DNA of 64,000 nucleotides from a virus. A program made the position numbers and the translations under genes. Location of the stretch: positions 1 to 64,000 of IMG/VR virus record IMGVR_UViG_3300032163_000010, one strand, 5' to 3'. Every line of letters starts with the position of its first letter. Positions within the stretch are counted from its first letter, which is position 1. This document shows positions 10,173 to 20,041 of this stretch, in pieces. Under the pieces are notes generated by a model. It was not told the origin of the DNA, made no database searches, and was given only the letters and a program-made list of their open reading frames with translations.

Positions 10173-10173
10173 G

Positions 10174-10689
10174 CTATTTCTGACCTAATTCCTTGCCGAG
10201 GAATGCAAGAACCTTCCCACGACAGTCCTCACACAAGTTTGACATGATGAATCCTTGTAACTGATTGATCTGATTCTGTTGGATCCTTAGTTCGACGATG
10301 TACTTGGTCTCGATATCACCGTTTAACTCTGCAATAGTCCGAGCTGATGAGCGAATTTCCTTAGCTAGATTTGTCGTTGGACCAATGAGGCTAATATCGA
10401 AGTCTCCTTCTGAATCGAGTTTTGTGAGCAGTCTATTCGCAATGTTGTTCATCCTATTAGCGAGATTCGTGAGAACACCCACACCATCGAGCGTTTTCTT
10501 CTCCACTGCACAAATCGCGCCGTCAGAACCTGTGGCGACCCTTATATGTTCCTTGAGATGTTTCTCGAAGACCTCTCGATCCACGACGTTGAGTCTTGCC
10601 ATGGCTTCGGTTACGGAGATCCTCCCTGCGAGAACGAGATTAACCGTGTCAAGATTCTGTGGGTTACTGCACACTGGGCAATCTACCAA
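10174..10689 (-). CDS. Putative terminase small subunit
   Basis: CPVC..H N-terminal metal/HTH region plus helical body, directly upstream of terL. Confidence 0.6.
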   Translation of the reverse strand: MVDCPVCSNPQNLDTVNLVLAGRISVTEAMARLNVVDREVFEKHLKEHIRVATGSDGAICAVEKKTLDGVGVLTNLANRMNNIANRLLTKLDSEGDFDISLIGPTTNLAKEIRSSARTIAELNGDIETKYIVELRIQQNQINQLQGFIMSNLCEDCRGKVLAFLGKELGQK

Positions 10690-10724
10690 ATGGGATCCCT
10701 CTAAGGAGGATAAGAGCCTCAGGG

Positions 10725-10739
10725 TATTTAAAAACTTCG
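10725..10739 (-). promoter_or_regulatory. Archaeal BRE/TATA promoter of the packaging/virion operon
   Basis: Minus strand CGAAGTTTTTAAATA about 35 nt upstream of the 10689 start. Confidence 0.7.
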
Positions 10740-10975
10740 TCCCTCAAACTGAGAATTTCTATGATTGGGCTTGTGGGCTTGTGACTTCGTCCGTCGAACT
10801 TAGTGGGGTAATCATGAGGAACTGAGCTGCAGACAACTGGATTCCTCGACGGGACAAATTTTGACACGGTGAATTAGTCAGTGAGCGATAGGTTTTGGGA
10901 AGGTGACGGGTTTTAACTAGGGTGCATCATGTAATAATGAGGATCATCAATAGGGATCAGGGTGTGAGGTCATAG

Positions 10976-11069
10976 ATAGAGACCCTCAATAGAGATCCTC
11001 AAGAGCATAGATAAATAGCGTAGATAAATAGCATAGATAAAGAGTATAGATAAAGAGTATAGAGAAAGA
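10976..11069 (+). repeat. 13-bp-period tandem repeats (2 + 5 units)
   Basis: ATAGAGACCCTCA and ATAGAGATCCTCA, then GCATAGATAAATA, GCGTAGATAAATA, GCATAGATAAAGA, GTATAGATAAAGA and GTATAGAGAAAGA. Confidence 0.85.
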
Positions 11070-11088
11070 GAGAGTAAGTGAGAAAGAA

Positions 11089-11448
11089 ATGAGAACAGCA
11101 ACAGCAGCCAGAAACTCTGTATCGCAAGTAGATACAGAAAAAGAGTACATCGTTTCTCTAGATAGAGAGACGACAGCAACTATCTCTGCGGTTGAGAAGT
11201 CTCAACTCCAGAGAAGTCAGATATCTATAGATGGAAAGGTTCCTTGGATGACATCAATTCTACCAAGAATAAGAGGAGAGAAACTAACAGTGTGGAGATT
11301 ATATGTCTCTATACAGCATACCTACGGAGAAAACAGCATCAGTCGAATGAGAGTATATAAATACCTCAATTCACTAGTTACAAAGAAGATTGCAACGAAA
11401 GAGTTCGATGTATACCAAGGAGCAGATGTCTACACGATAGATAAGTAG
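11089..11448 (+). CDS. Winged-helix DNA-binding protein, paralogue 1
   Basis: TISAVEKSQLQR...KVPW...LTVWRLY...ISRMRVYKYLNSLVTKKIA...DVY; near-duplicate of 11724..12119. Confidence 0.75.
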   Translation: MRTATAARNSVSQVDTEKEYIVSLDRETTATISAVEKSQLQRSQISIDGKVPWMTSILPRIRGEKLTVWRLYVSIQHTYGENSISRMRVYKYLNSLVTKKIATKEFDVYQGADVYTIDK

Positions 11449-11676
11449 AACAAGTAGATTAGGTAAGTCTACATCCACTCGTTTTTTAGAGACAGCAAGA
11501 GCTGATAGATCAAGGATCTAGATGAGGCACAGATAGAGAGAGAGACGATGAGGAGGTGAGAGAGAGATGAAGTACGGAGTAGAACTAGCAGAAGTACAGC
11601 TTCCGGTTAGAGAACCGAAAGTTCGGAAGAAATAGATACACGAAGAGTGTATATCGATAGAGGATCACGATTTTTT

Positions 11677-11703
11677 AGGAATATACGCGAGATGATGCGT
11701 ATG
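11677..11703 (+). promoter_or_regulatory. Conserved hairpin element, copy 1 (loop GAGATGAT)
   Basis: TTTTTT-AGGA-A-TATACGC-GAGATGAT-GCGTATG; 7-bp stem including one G-U. Confidence 0.75.
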
Positions 11704-11723
11704 AATAGATAGAGAGCCGATAG

Positions 11724-12119
11724 ATGAAGAATCTAGATGAGGCACAGATAGAGAGAGTAGTGAGAGAAATGACAGCAAGGAAAGCATCCCAGAATACTGT
11801 AGGTAGTGTACCTACAGACCAGGTAGAGATAGTCTCTCTAGATAGAGAGACTCAAGCAACGATATCTGCAGTTGAGAGAACTCAACTCCAGAGAGGTTCG
11901 GTAGACGGCAAGATTCCGTGGAGCAAGATTCTACCGAAGTTGAAAGGCGAGAGAGTCTCGGTATACAGACTGTATACGTCTGTACAGCGAGTCTACGGAG
12001 CGGGTAGCATCAGTCGGATGAGATGCTATAAATACCTCAACGGACTCGTGACCAAGAACCTCGCAACGGTAGAATTCGACGTTTTCAACGGAGAGAACGT
12101 CTACATCGTTGCTAAGTAA
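11724..12119 (+). CDS. Winged-helix DNA-binding protein, paralogue 2 (start may be ATG 11769)
   Basis: IVSLDRETQATISAVERTQLQR...KIPW...ISRMRCYKYLNGLVTKNLA...NVY. Confidence 0.75.
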   Translation: MKNLDEAQIERVVREMTARKASQNTVGSVPTDQVEIVSLDRETQATISAVERTQLQRGSVDGKIPWSKILPKLKGERVSVYRLYTSVQRVYGAGSISRMRCYKYLNGLVTKNLATVEFDVFNGENVYIVAK

Positions 12120-12149
12120 GCCGAACAGGCTTACATCAACATTTTCTTG

Positions 12150-12176
12150 AGGAATGTGTTCGAGATGATGAACATA
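12150..12176 (+). promoter_or_regulatory. Conserved hairpin element, copy 2 (loop GAGATGAT)
   Basis: TTTTCTTG-AGGA-A-TGTGTTC-GAGATGAT-GAACATA; 7-bp stem including one G-U. Confidence 0.75.
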
Positions 12177-12189
12177 ACTAGAGAGAGAG

Positions 12190-12324
12190 ATGAGTAACAT
12201 GCAGCCAAATGTATGTCTAGCAACAAGAGAAGACTGTAAGGTTTGTCGGAAGACATGGGGAACATCTCCGTGTCAAGTCGCGCCTGCGATAGCGAACGGT
12301 AAAGTCGCTATACTGCTATCGTAG
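12190..12324 (+). CDS. Small Cys-rich protein, below the ORF-track cutoff
   Basis: MSNMQPNVCLATREDCKVCRKTWGTSPCQVAPAIANGKVAILLS*; followed by a CCTCG-GAGA-CGAGG hairpin and T6. Confidence 0.5.
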   Translation: MSNMQPNVCLATREDCKVCRKTWGTSPCQVAPAIANGKVAILLS

Positions 12325-12341
12325 ACAAGCCTTGTAGGTAT

Positions 12342-12373
12342 CCTCGGAGACGAGGCATCGATCCCCGTTTTTT
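12342..12373 (+). terminator. Hairpin plus T-tract terminator
   Basis: CCTCG-GAGA-CGAGG GNRA hairpin followed by CCCGTTTTTT. Confidence 0.5.
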
Positions 12374-12715
12374 ATACTACTCGATCTACGGATTCCGTAT
12401 CGCTAGATCCAAGATGAGCGAGTATTCGTTATCCGTTCTATAGCTCTATCGATACTAGATATCCGCAGGAAGGATTTTCGATACCACCGGAGGAGCGAGA
12501 TGCGGTCCTTAGAACTTCTCGATCTTCTCGTGAGGGATCTCGATTCGGACTTGACATCGTCCAGTCCAAAAACTCTCTATATGTTAAAAGTGGTTATGAT
12601 GATGACTACTACTATGACTCCAACATCATCATCTCAAGTTCAAGTTCTTTCTTTGAACGAACGACTTCCATACACAACATATCACCTGAAACTTAAGGGA
12701 CGTCCTACCGGTCAT

Positions 12716-12731
12716 AAGTTTTATATAGTTA
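12716..12731 (+). promoter_or_regulatory. Archaeal BRE/TATA promoter
   Basis: AAGTTTTATATAGTTA, identical to the 16-mer at 17220-17235. Confidence 0.75.
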
Positions 12732-12859
12732 ATCTACGATATCTTATCGATATACATTATCGAGAGAGTTAGATGAGGGAAACTAGAGAACGATCGTCTC
12801 TAGAGGCCATCGATCTAAGCCTGGTCGACGCGTCGACGACAAGTAAGAGAGTGAAAGAA

Positions 12860-15800
12860 ATGGAAACCAAAGACGAAGAAATGAATCTGTATAGCTACAC
12901 GGCTGATATGTATCAGGATCTGTTTGATATGATCACTGAATACATGGGAGAAGCGGAGCATATCAGCGAAGACAACGTACGGATTAAGGTGAGCGATCTA
13001 CCATCATCGGTAGAAGCGATGAAAGAACTGAGGAAGAAGTTACTCAGAAAGGATTTCATCGCGTACTGGCAGATCGCGATAGAGGAAGGCAACTAAGTTT
13101 TTAAGGACTCTCAGCGAGATGATGCTGAGCGAAAGAACGGAGAGAACGAGAGATGAAGAAAGTCTTGGATATCGGAATACCTCTACGAAGAGGCATCGAC
13201 GATGCTCTCCATTGTGGAGAGCAAATAGAGAAAGATCTGCAACTACGGCCGAGAGACGCTGGTTGCGGATTCGGCTTCCGAGATATGCAGATCCCAATAG
13301 GTGACAAGGACGAGAAGAAGATCGTTGAAGAGGTCAAGACGATCCTCCGAAAGTGTCACTTAATCAAGGGATCTTACGTCTCGGTATATGATGAAGATGA
13401 GGAGGTGAACTAGATGAAGGAAGACACGAAGATCTTGCTGATTGCAGATGCTGTGTTAGAGAAATGGACGAGTGGGAGCTACGAGGGCGTAGTTGAGAAT
13501 TCAGATGTGATATACTGCAACGATGAGGAGCTCCCTGCGGATGATGTATGGAGCATGCTGCAATCAAACGACAAATTGATTGAGAGGCTCTCCGATGGGT
13601 TAATTGAGACAATCAGGGAGCAAGTAAGAAAAGAATTCGCTCCTAGAGTGATAGTAAATATCGGCCCTGGAGATTCAGAGGACGAAGTAGAGCTGTTCTT
13701 TGAAGATCAAGAGGAGAAACATCCGAAAAAGTGAAAGAACGATGTACGAAGTAAGGCAAGATCAGTTGAATGTTCTAGACAAGAACATTCTGAATAGGAA
13801 GAATGCTATAGTAATAGCAAAGATCAGACATGCAGAGCAACCGGGGTCTTATCATGAAGTGCATGAGACTGGTATCGGAGGAGTCTACCAGTTGAAACCG
13901 AATGAAGACCTTCGCGGGGTGCCAGTGTGGGATGATGGATGTACACATTGGAACCTCGCAGAGGAGATAGAGAGAATATTAAGTAAGTGAAAAGAGAGAT
14001 GTCTGAGAGACCGAACAAGGTAGTGTACATGAAGATTCTCGTCGCTGTTAAGGCGAACGAGAAGCAAGTTACCCCAGAGTGGTTCAAGGCCATCCTGGCG
14101 GACATTGAGGAATGCTTCGACGATCAGTTCGAAGCGAAAGCATTACTCAAGGGGTTCGATATAGAACATATAAGGAGGTGAACAAGATGGAGAGAGATGA
14201 ATTGAGCGAATTAGAGAAAGAGTTGGAGAATGCGATGGATAATCTAGACATCGTAATACGAAAGTTCGAAGACCAGAACGAAGCTGTGGAGAGAGTCTAC
14301 AGCTGGTTAGACTGCAGGAGGAAGTGAAAGAAAGATGAAGAAAGTCGTTTGGACGATCGCCTTCGATATCTTCGAAGGAGACGAGGAGAATCCATCGACG
14401 GATGGATGTTTCATCAACCCTGGGCAACTGGGAGATGAACTGAGGAAGAAACTCGAGGAGAGAATCCACGAGTTAGTAGAGAAAGGAGAGTACGAGGCAT
14501 AGAAAATGTCTGTAGAGATAAAGAACGGTATGGAGTATACTAGGTATACAGAGAAAGGCACTGGCACACGCAAGTGGAAAGTCGGTCAACGGATAGAAAC
14601 GGAGTTCGTCACGAAGGCTCAGAAGGCCACTGGGAAATGGATAGACTACGAACCTATCCAACGGAGGAAGCAACAGGCAACGATAGTCGCCATCACGGTT
14701 AGGAAGAATCCTCCGTATAGGGATGTCTGGTTCAAGTTAGACTTCGTCGACGGATTTGGTTTCTGGACAACGAACGTCCACAGGGTTACAAGATATATAT
14801 AGGAGGTGAGAACGAATGAGCTATCGTTTCAAATGGTGGGCTGGAGCGATCTGGGCGGGGATAACAACGGTCGTCTTGGTCTGGTTGTTTGACCAGATAT
14901 TCAGCATCTTCTAGAGGTAAGGTAACATGCCTGAAAGAAATGCCAAGGAAATAGAATTTGACAGGCAGTTGCTTGTCAAGCTAAAGGACCTGCGGGATTT
15001 TTACCGCATCGAGGGTATGAGAGATGCTCTCTACTTCGAGGTAGTGAGCAAGATTGGGTATCTAGAAAGAAGAGAGTGAGAAGAAATGAGACAAGGAAAA
15101 GGATGGAAGTTCAGCGCACCTAGCTGGGAGTTACAGATAGACAAGATATCAGATAAGGAGCTGGGGGAGCTGTACGACACATTCGTAGGCTACTCGGATG
15201 ACATGATCGTTGTCAGAGAAAGCCTAAAGAAAGAAATAGAACGGAGGGAGGTGAAGACGAACGAAAGTCACGACAACTGAGATAGACACCAAAGACAGGG
15301 AAGGAAATGACAATCCAACGGAGTCCGTTGTGAGAGATAGGATGACCGCGGTGACTGAGGAACTAGGTTGGGATATTCTAATCACCGAGGTAGAGGAAAC
15401 AAAGAAGGGGTTCCTATTCAAGGTAGAAATAGAGATCCCTGTGGAGGTGATAAGAAAATGAAAATACAGATAATAGTCCTGACGGAACAACAGAAGAATT
15501 TCCTTGAATCAGATGCTGATCTTGGTGACATCGATCACTGGTTGGAGACCCAAACAAAGACTGCGCCAGTAGTGGAAGTTTTCGTCAGAGAAGAAGGCAC
15601 AGCGAAGGAATCCGTCTGGGGATTGTCCCCAGCAGGGGTCAATGCCATCGAGAGAGAAATTGAAGATGTCATCGTGACAGAGCAAGAGATGAACGCAGAG
15701 GAGGAAGAGAACCATGAGTCAGATCCAAAAACAAGTTGATGACCAGATTAACGGCAAGATCTGGATATGCAAGAACGACCAATGTGCCAAGGGTTGTGAT

Positions 15801-16631
15801 TCACACCCTTGCCTGATAGAACATAATATGATGGAGGTGATAAGAAAATGAGTGAGCAACCAGCACTGAAACTTAGTCTGACGGTAACGTTAGACGTGAA
15901 GTTCTGTGAGCAGGATTTCGAAGGAGCGAATAAGACCTGGGAGGAATGGAAGTCATTGATCACAGGTAACAAGAAGGAGGCTATAGAGACGTTCCTGGGA
16001 AATCTAGACTATGATGGAATGGATAACATCATAGCTGAGGTGATAGATGCCGGAGGTGAGTTAAAGCTCACTGAAGGAACGTATGATGACAAGACAAGGA
16101 GGTGGAAGTTCGAATGAGAGATCTAATCGAGTGGATATGTGAGAAGATAGCTTTCTCACGGCTAAGACCCCTGTTTTTGAAACAAGAACGATGGATGAGG
16201 CATTCGGTGTGCCTTGTCTGCAGGAGATGTAGATGGTAAGGAGGTGAAACAAATGGGTAGAAATCTAACGACAGTAGAGTATAATATGACGATGATTCGC
16301 CACAGGACCGCCGGAACAATAGGATTCATCGTAGGAACAGACTATGGGGGGTTCAGAGTCAAGACGGAGAGTGATGGAGTCGTGAGGCTCCTCAGATTCG
16401 TCGATATAGACAATTGGGAGACATTGACTCCGTGCGATCAGTGCGCAGTGCTTCCAGAGGACAAACGAAATGGCGAATGTATCACGTGCAGGAGGGAGGC
16501 TGTAGGAAATGGAACCTTGCATTAGGAGAAAATACATGTCAAGAGAACTAGGGTATTACTGTGAAGACAAACAAGAATACGTTACTAGGTATGTCTGCGA
16601 CAAGTGCAAGAAGCCACCATCGAGAGACTGA
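12860..16631 (+). other. Cluster of about 15 small, co-oriented hypothetical early genes
   Basis: Tightly packed, often overlapping short ORFs with GGAGGTG RBSs, e.g. 12860-13096, 13153-13413, 13414-13734, 14506-14802, 15848-16117, 16253-16525; includes several Cys-rich microproteins. Confidence 0.7.
13104..13131 (+). promoter_or_regulatory. Conserved hairpin element, copy 3 (loop GAGATGAT)
   Basis: TTTTTA-AGGA-CT-CTCAGC-GAGATGAT-GCTGAG; 6-bp stem. Confidence 0.75.
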
Positions 16632-16683
16632 AGAGGTAAGCTTTAACTTTTTCGCAAACTTGTCCCTTATCTTTGACCCTAGT

Positions 16684-16742
16684 ACCCCGATCTCTCCGCG
16701 TAACCGTATCGAAAATGTTAAATACTCGACCGGCGGTCTTTC
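16684..16742 (+). promoter_or_regulatory. BRE/TATA promoter with downstream palindrome, homologous to 20955-21007
   Basis: ACCCCGATCTCTCC...CGAAAATGTTAAATA-CTC-GACCGGCGGTC-TTTC. Confidence 0.7.
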
Positions 16743-16834
16743 TTATCGATGAACGCTCGAAGCTCGAAGTTCAGGAAACCCGTCAAGAGAACACAGGGTA
16801 GAGCCTTTGGTTCTCTGATAGGGGGTAAAGAACA

Positions 16835-17128
16835 ATGCCCATAAGTTTAGCGGAGTTCCGGAAGTTGGAACAAGCCCCTGCGAAAGCAGGACCAGGAAGC
16901 AAGTTCGTTAGGAAATGTGACTGGTCGAAGGTCACAAGCGAACTGGCCGGCCAGGGATGGACGGTGAAAGAAGCTCTCGCGGTAGCGATGAAGCATGTCG
17001 GGAAAGACCAGAGTATATCGAGGGTCAGGACCAAGAGGTTCCTCGACAAGCTCGTCGAGAAGAAGCTTGCCGTGAAGATGTTCGACGGCATGGGTTACGT
17101 GTACTACGTGAATCCACCGGCGAAGTAA
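16835..17128 (+). CDS. Winged-helix protein, MPIS family, paralogue 3
   Basis: MPISLAEFRKL...KCDW...WTVKEAL...ISRVRTKRFLDKLVEKKLA...YVY. Confidence 0.8.
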   Translation: MPISLAEFRKLEQAPAKAGPGSKFVRKCDWSKVTSELAGQGWTVKEALAVAMKHVGKDQSISRVRTKRFLDKLVEKKLAVKMFDGMGYVYYVNPPAK

Positions 17129-17217
17129 TCGTCCAATTTTTTGTCCCCAGTTTTTATGTCATAGCTCCGGATTCGAGAGAGTCATTTCATATCAAAGTCA
17201 GGAGACCATCCCGGTTC

Positions 17218-17235
17218 GAAAGTTTTATATAGTTA
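17218..17235 (+). promoter_or_regulatory. Archaeal BRE/TATA promoter
   Basis: GAAAGTTTTATATAGTTA, followed by a leader with the hairpin CCTTG..CAGGGT/ATCCTGCAAGG. Confidence 0.75.
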
Positions 17236-17339
17236 CCCAGCGGTCTATTAAACTGATAGATGCTAAACTCAATTAAGCACCGACGAGAGGGTCCTTGTAC
17301 AGGGTTCACAATCCTGCAAGGGCAAGGAGGTGTTAGGTA

Positions 17340-17792
17340 ACGGATAAGAACAAAGTTCCGAAAGGAACACCAGGGTCACTTGCGTATTATAAGAAGAGAC
17401 TGCAAGTGGCAGGATTCGAAATAGGGACGTCATTTAATGACTTCCGAGCCACAGGGCACCGAAGGAAGATGGACGTCTGGAAATGGGAAGAAGATTCTAG
17501 TAACCCGAAATGGAGACAAAGGAAGGTACTAAGTGACGAGGACAAAGCCACTATAAATGACGCAATGGAAGGAGCATATGCATTGAACGTATTCATCAAT
17601 GCCTATCTTGGAGACGCAGCGGAGATCACTTGGATAGAACCGGAGTTAAGACTCAATCCCGATGAAGTCCAGGTGTTGGTGGCGACAGCGCCAACTGTAG
17701 GGAGAGCTTTGGAGAAGATCGATCTGCAACAGAAGATGCTCGATTGGCTCATCGAAGTAGCGAAGAACTCTGCGGTGACAATGAATGAATAG
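17340..17792 (+). CDS. Hypothetical protein, probable ACG start (track start GTG 17406)
   Basis: AGGAGGTG RBS at 17325-17332 lies 7 nt before an in-frame ACG; the frame is closed upstream by TAG at 17334. Confidence 0.55.
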   Translation, partial: TDKNKVPKGTPGSLAYYKKRLQVAGFEIGTSFNDFRATGHRRKMDVWKWEEDSSNPKWRQRKVLSDEDKATINDAMEGAYALNVFINAYLGDAAEITWIEPELRLNPDEVQVLVATAPTVGRALEKIDLQQKMLDWLIEVAKNSAVTMNE

Positions 17793-18018
17793 GGTCTTTG
17801 TTATCAAGATAGACAAAGAACACGCAGATAGATTCGATAAAGCTCTCAACGCTAGGAACAGAGGGCATTTTGGAACATCGGCTAGTATCCATGAGCTGAT
17901 CCAGAATGAGCTCAACAGCTGGGGCGAGAGCAACAGGGAGTTCCAACGAGCGAAGTACTCGGTTAAGGAGATCTTCGACCAGAATGATTTCGTGTTCGAT
18001 GAGGAGGCCACGAAGTGA
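17785..18018 (+). CDS. Ribbon-helix-helix-like protein
   Basis: Alternating beta-strand RVFVIKID followed by two amphipathic helices. Confidence 0.45.
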   Translation: MNRVFVIKIDKEHADRFDKALNARNRGHFGTSASIHELIQNELNSWGESNREFQRAKYSVKEIFDQNDFVFDEEATK

Positions 18019-18617
18019 CAGTAGCTAAGGATGCCAAGGAATTCGTTGATGTCTGGTACGCAGAGCTGAACAGGACGAGTATGCTGTGGAATTCGTTGCC
18101 AGAGGAAGAGACCAAGAGATTCAGGGAGTTCTTGGAGGAGTACAAAGGGTTCATAGGGATAGCTGCTGTTCACACATATTCGAAAGAGCAGATCATCGAG
18201 GCGTTGAACTCAGGGATCGATCCGGAAGTCTTCGGAGCCAAAGAGGCTAATCCCAATTGCCCAAAGTGTGGAGGGGAATCAGATGAACTCAAGGTTGGTG
18301 AGGCGATAGATGACATGGGAACGTATATCTGCAAGGGATGCGGATGTGCATTCACAAAGGACGACGTGGATAACAAGGAACTTCGAGAGCAACTCGAGGT
18401 CGAGGCAACAGGTAAGGAAGGATCTACGATAGTTCAAGGAGCGGTGAAGAAACCATGTTGGCATTATCCTAGGGGATTATGTAAGCACAACGACCCGAAT
18501 AACTGTTCACATGAAGGCATCTTATGCCCGAAGGACACAGTGAAGATTACAACTACAGGTGTAAAGGGAGCCGGGATGACTCATGGGGCGGTCAAATTCT
18601 GGGGGAAGGATCGATGA
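18015..18617 (+). CDS. Zn-finger hypothetical protein
   Basis: CPKC...CKGC, plus a C-terminal Cys/His cluster. Confidence 0.55.
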   Translation: MTVAKDAKEFVDVWYAELNRTSMLWNSLPEEETKRFREFLEEYKGFIGIAAVHTYSKEQIIEALNSGIDPEVFGAKEANPNCPKCGGESDELKVGEAIDDMGTYICKGCGCAFTKDDVDNKELREQLEVEATGKEGSTIVQGAVKKPCWHYPRGLCKHNDPNNCSHEGILCPKDTVKITTTGVKGAGMTHGAVKFWGKDR

Positions 18618-19274
18618 ACCAAGAACAATTGGTCCGCAGGATTAAAGTCCTCATTGGAAGGGACGATTGGTCGGAGATTGTGATAACCAAGGAGGGTCAC
18701 GGATATAAACTCGAGATTAACGATCCGAATCGAGGAGTGCCATTTTCGAAGAAACTTCTTGAGGACAAGGATCCGCTGAAGCCTGATAAGTCCTTACGTG
18801 GAACAATGAAGGGGTGGTAAAAGATGAAGTACACAAAACAGGAATTTGATAAAGCCTCCGAGGGTTACGAAGACCCTGTAGAATTGCTTGCCAGAATTAA
18901 AGTCATTGAGCTGCTCGATAGCCAAGTTAGTGACATTGAAATCAAAGACGTCTCGATGTATGGAGGAGGGTATCTTATCGAACTGGAGTTCATAGTAACA
19001 ATGGAACTTGGTGAGTCAAATGAACTGGTTGACATCATCAAGGAAAGCATCGAGGGATGGAAGGACGCCGACTTCTACAACGAAATGAAGTTGCAATTAG
19101 ATGCTATCGAGGCGAAGCCAACGTTGGAGGACATCGTAGAGTTCTTCAGGAAGAACGGTTGGACGATGGATGACATGATAGAAATCCTGTTGGACATGAA
19201 GGACAAAGAAACCGCTAAGCAAGCGTTCGGGGTCGCTATAGAAAAGACATGGGATACATAGGAGGCAAAGATGG

Positions 19275-19757
19275 ATGGGTAGGAAACGCTCCGTAGCACA
19301 AGAGGTCATCGTTAGGGAACAGAAGAGACGTCGAGCAAAGGCAGTCAAATTATTGAATGGATGGCACTATTGCCCAAGGTGTAGGAGGAATTCTATCGAG
19401 ACGGATTTTGTCATGAATCGCAAGGGAGTCAAGATTACGGAGAAGACGATCAGACCGGGGCCTTCGGGTAACGAGATTGTCAAGGTTCATCTCGCGGGGT
19501 CAATTTGCAGGAGTTGTGGGGAGAAGGAGCTAGTGTGGCTACTCCCCGGAGAGGAACTCATCGACCTGTATCATATATTACATGATAGGATACAAGTAGA
19601 TGTCAGGATTAGAGACATGATGGAATGGTTGTTCGCGGTACCACAGGATTCAGCGGAGGACAGGAGAAAGGAAGCAAAGAGGAAGGAAGAGGCCGAGCTG
19701 GAGAAATGGAGGAAGGAAGCTCCAGTGATCACGATTCCTGATAAGAAGGAAGAATAA
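19275..19757 (+). CDS. elf1: Elf1-like transcription elongation factor (Zn ribbon) with C-terminal extension
   Basis: Basic MGRKRS N-terminus, YCPRC...S, CRSCG, then P.EELIDLYH...D; colinear with the Elf1 pattern MGxRK...FxCPxC...CxxC...ExIDxYxxxxD. Confidence 0.65.
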   Translation: MGRKRSVAQEVIVREQKRRRAKAVKLLNGWHYCPRCRRNSIETDFVMNRKGVKITEKTIRPGPSGNEIVKVHLAGSICRSCGEKELVWLLPGEELIDLYHILHDRIQVDVRIRDMMEWLFAVPQDSAEDRRKEAKRKEEAELEKWRKEAPVITIPDKKEE

Positions 19758-19771
19758 CCGAGGTTGATAGA

Positions 19772-20041
19772 ATGATCACGTGCACAAATTGCAAGTCAGA
19801 AGTCTTCAAAGCAGAGAAGCTGAAAAGCGAGCATGGAACTATCACGGTGAGATTGACATGTGCGAAGTGCGGTCATCGAGTGCAAGTGTGGATTGAAAAC
19901 GCCGCGCTTAAAGAATTGGTGAAAGAGATAAAGGCATACAATGAGATACAACATGGACTAAGTGAAACAATACAGATGGTAATAGACTATGAATCGAAAT
20001 CTTGGTGGCGGAAGATCCTCGGAGGTCGATGGGTAGAATGA
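19772..20041 (+). CDS. Zn-ribbon protein
   Basis: CTNC...CAKCGH and a C-terminal WWRK. Confidence 0.6.
   Translation: MITCTNCKSEVFKAEKLKSEHGTITVRLTCAKCGHRVQVWIENAALKELVKEIKAYNEIQHGLSETIQMVIDYESKSWWRKILGGRWVE

Noticed and set aside
12490-12510. Fourth copy of the GAGATGAT hairpin (AGGAGCGAGATGCGGTCCT)
   Set aside because: The loop is truncated, the spacing differs and no gene start follows convincingly; at best a degenerate copy.
12500-12772. 90-aa ORF in the track (MRSLELLD...MMMTTTMTPTSSS)
   Set aside because: Low-complexity translation that runs across hairpins and a TATA promoter; likely spurious.
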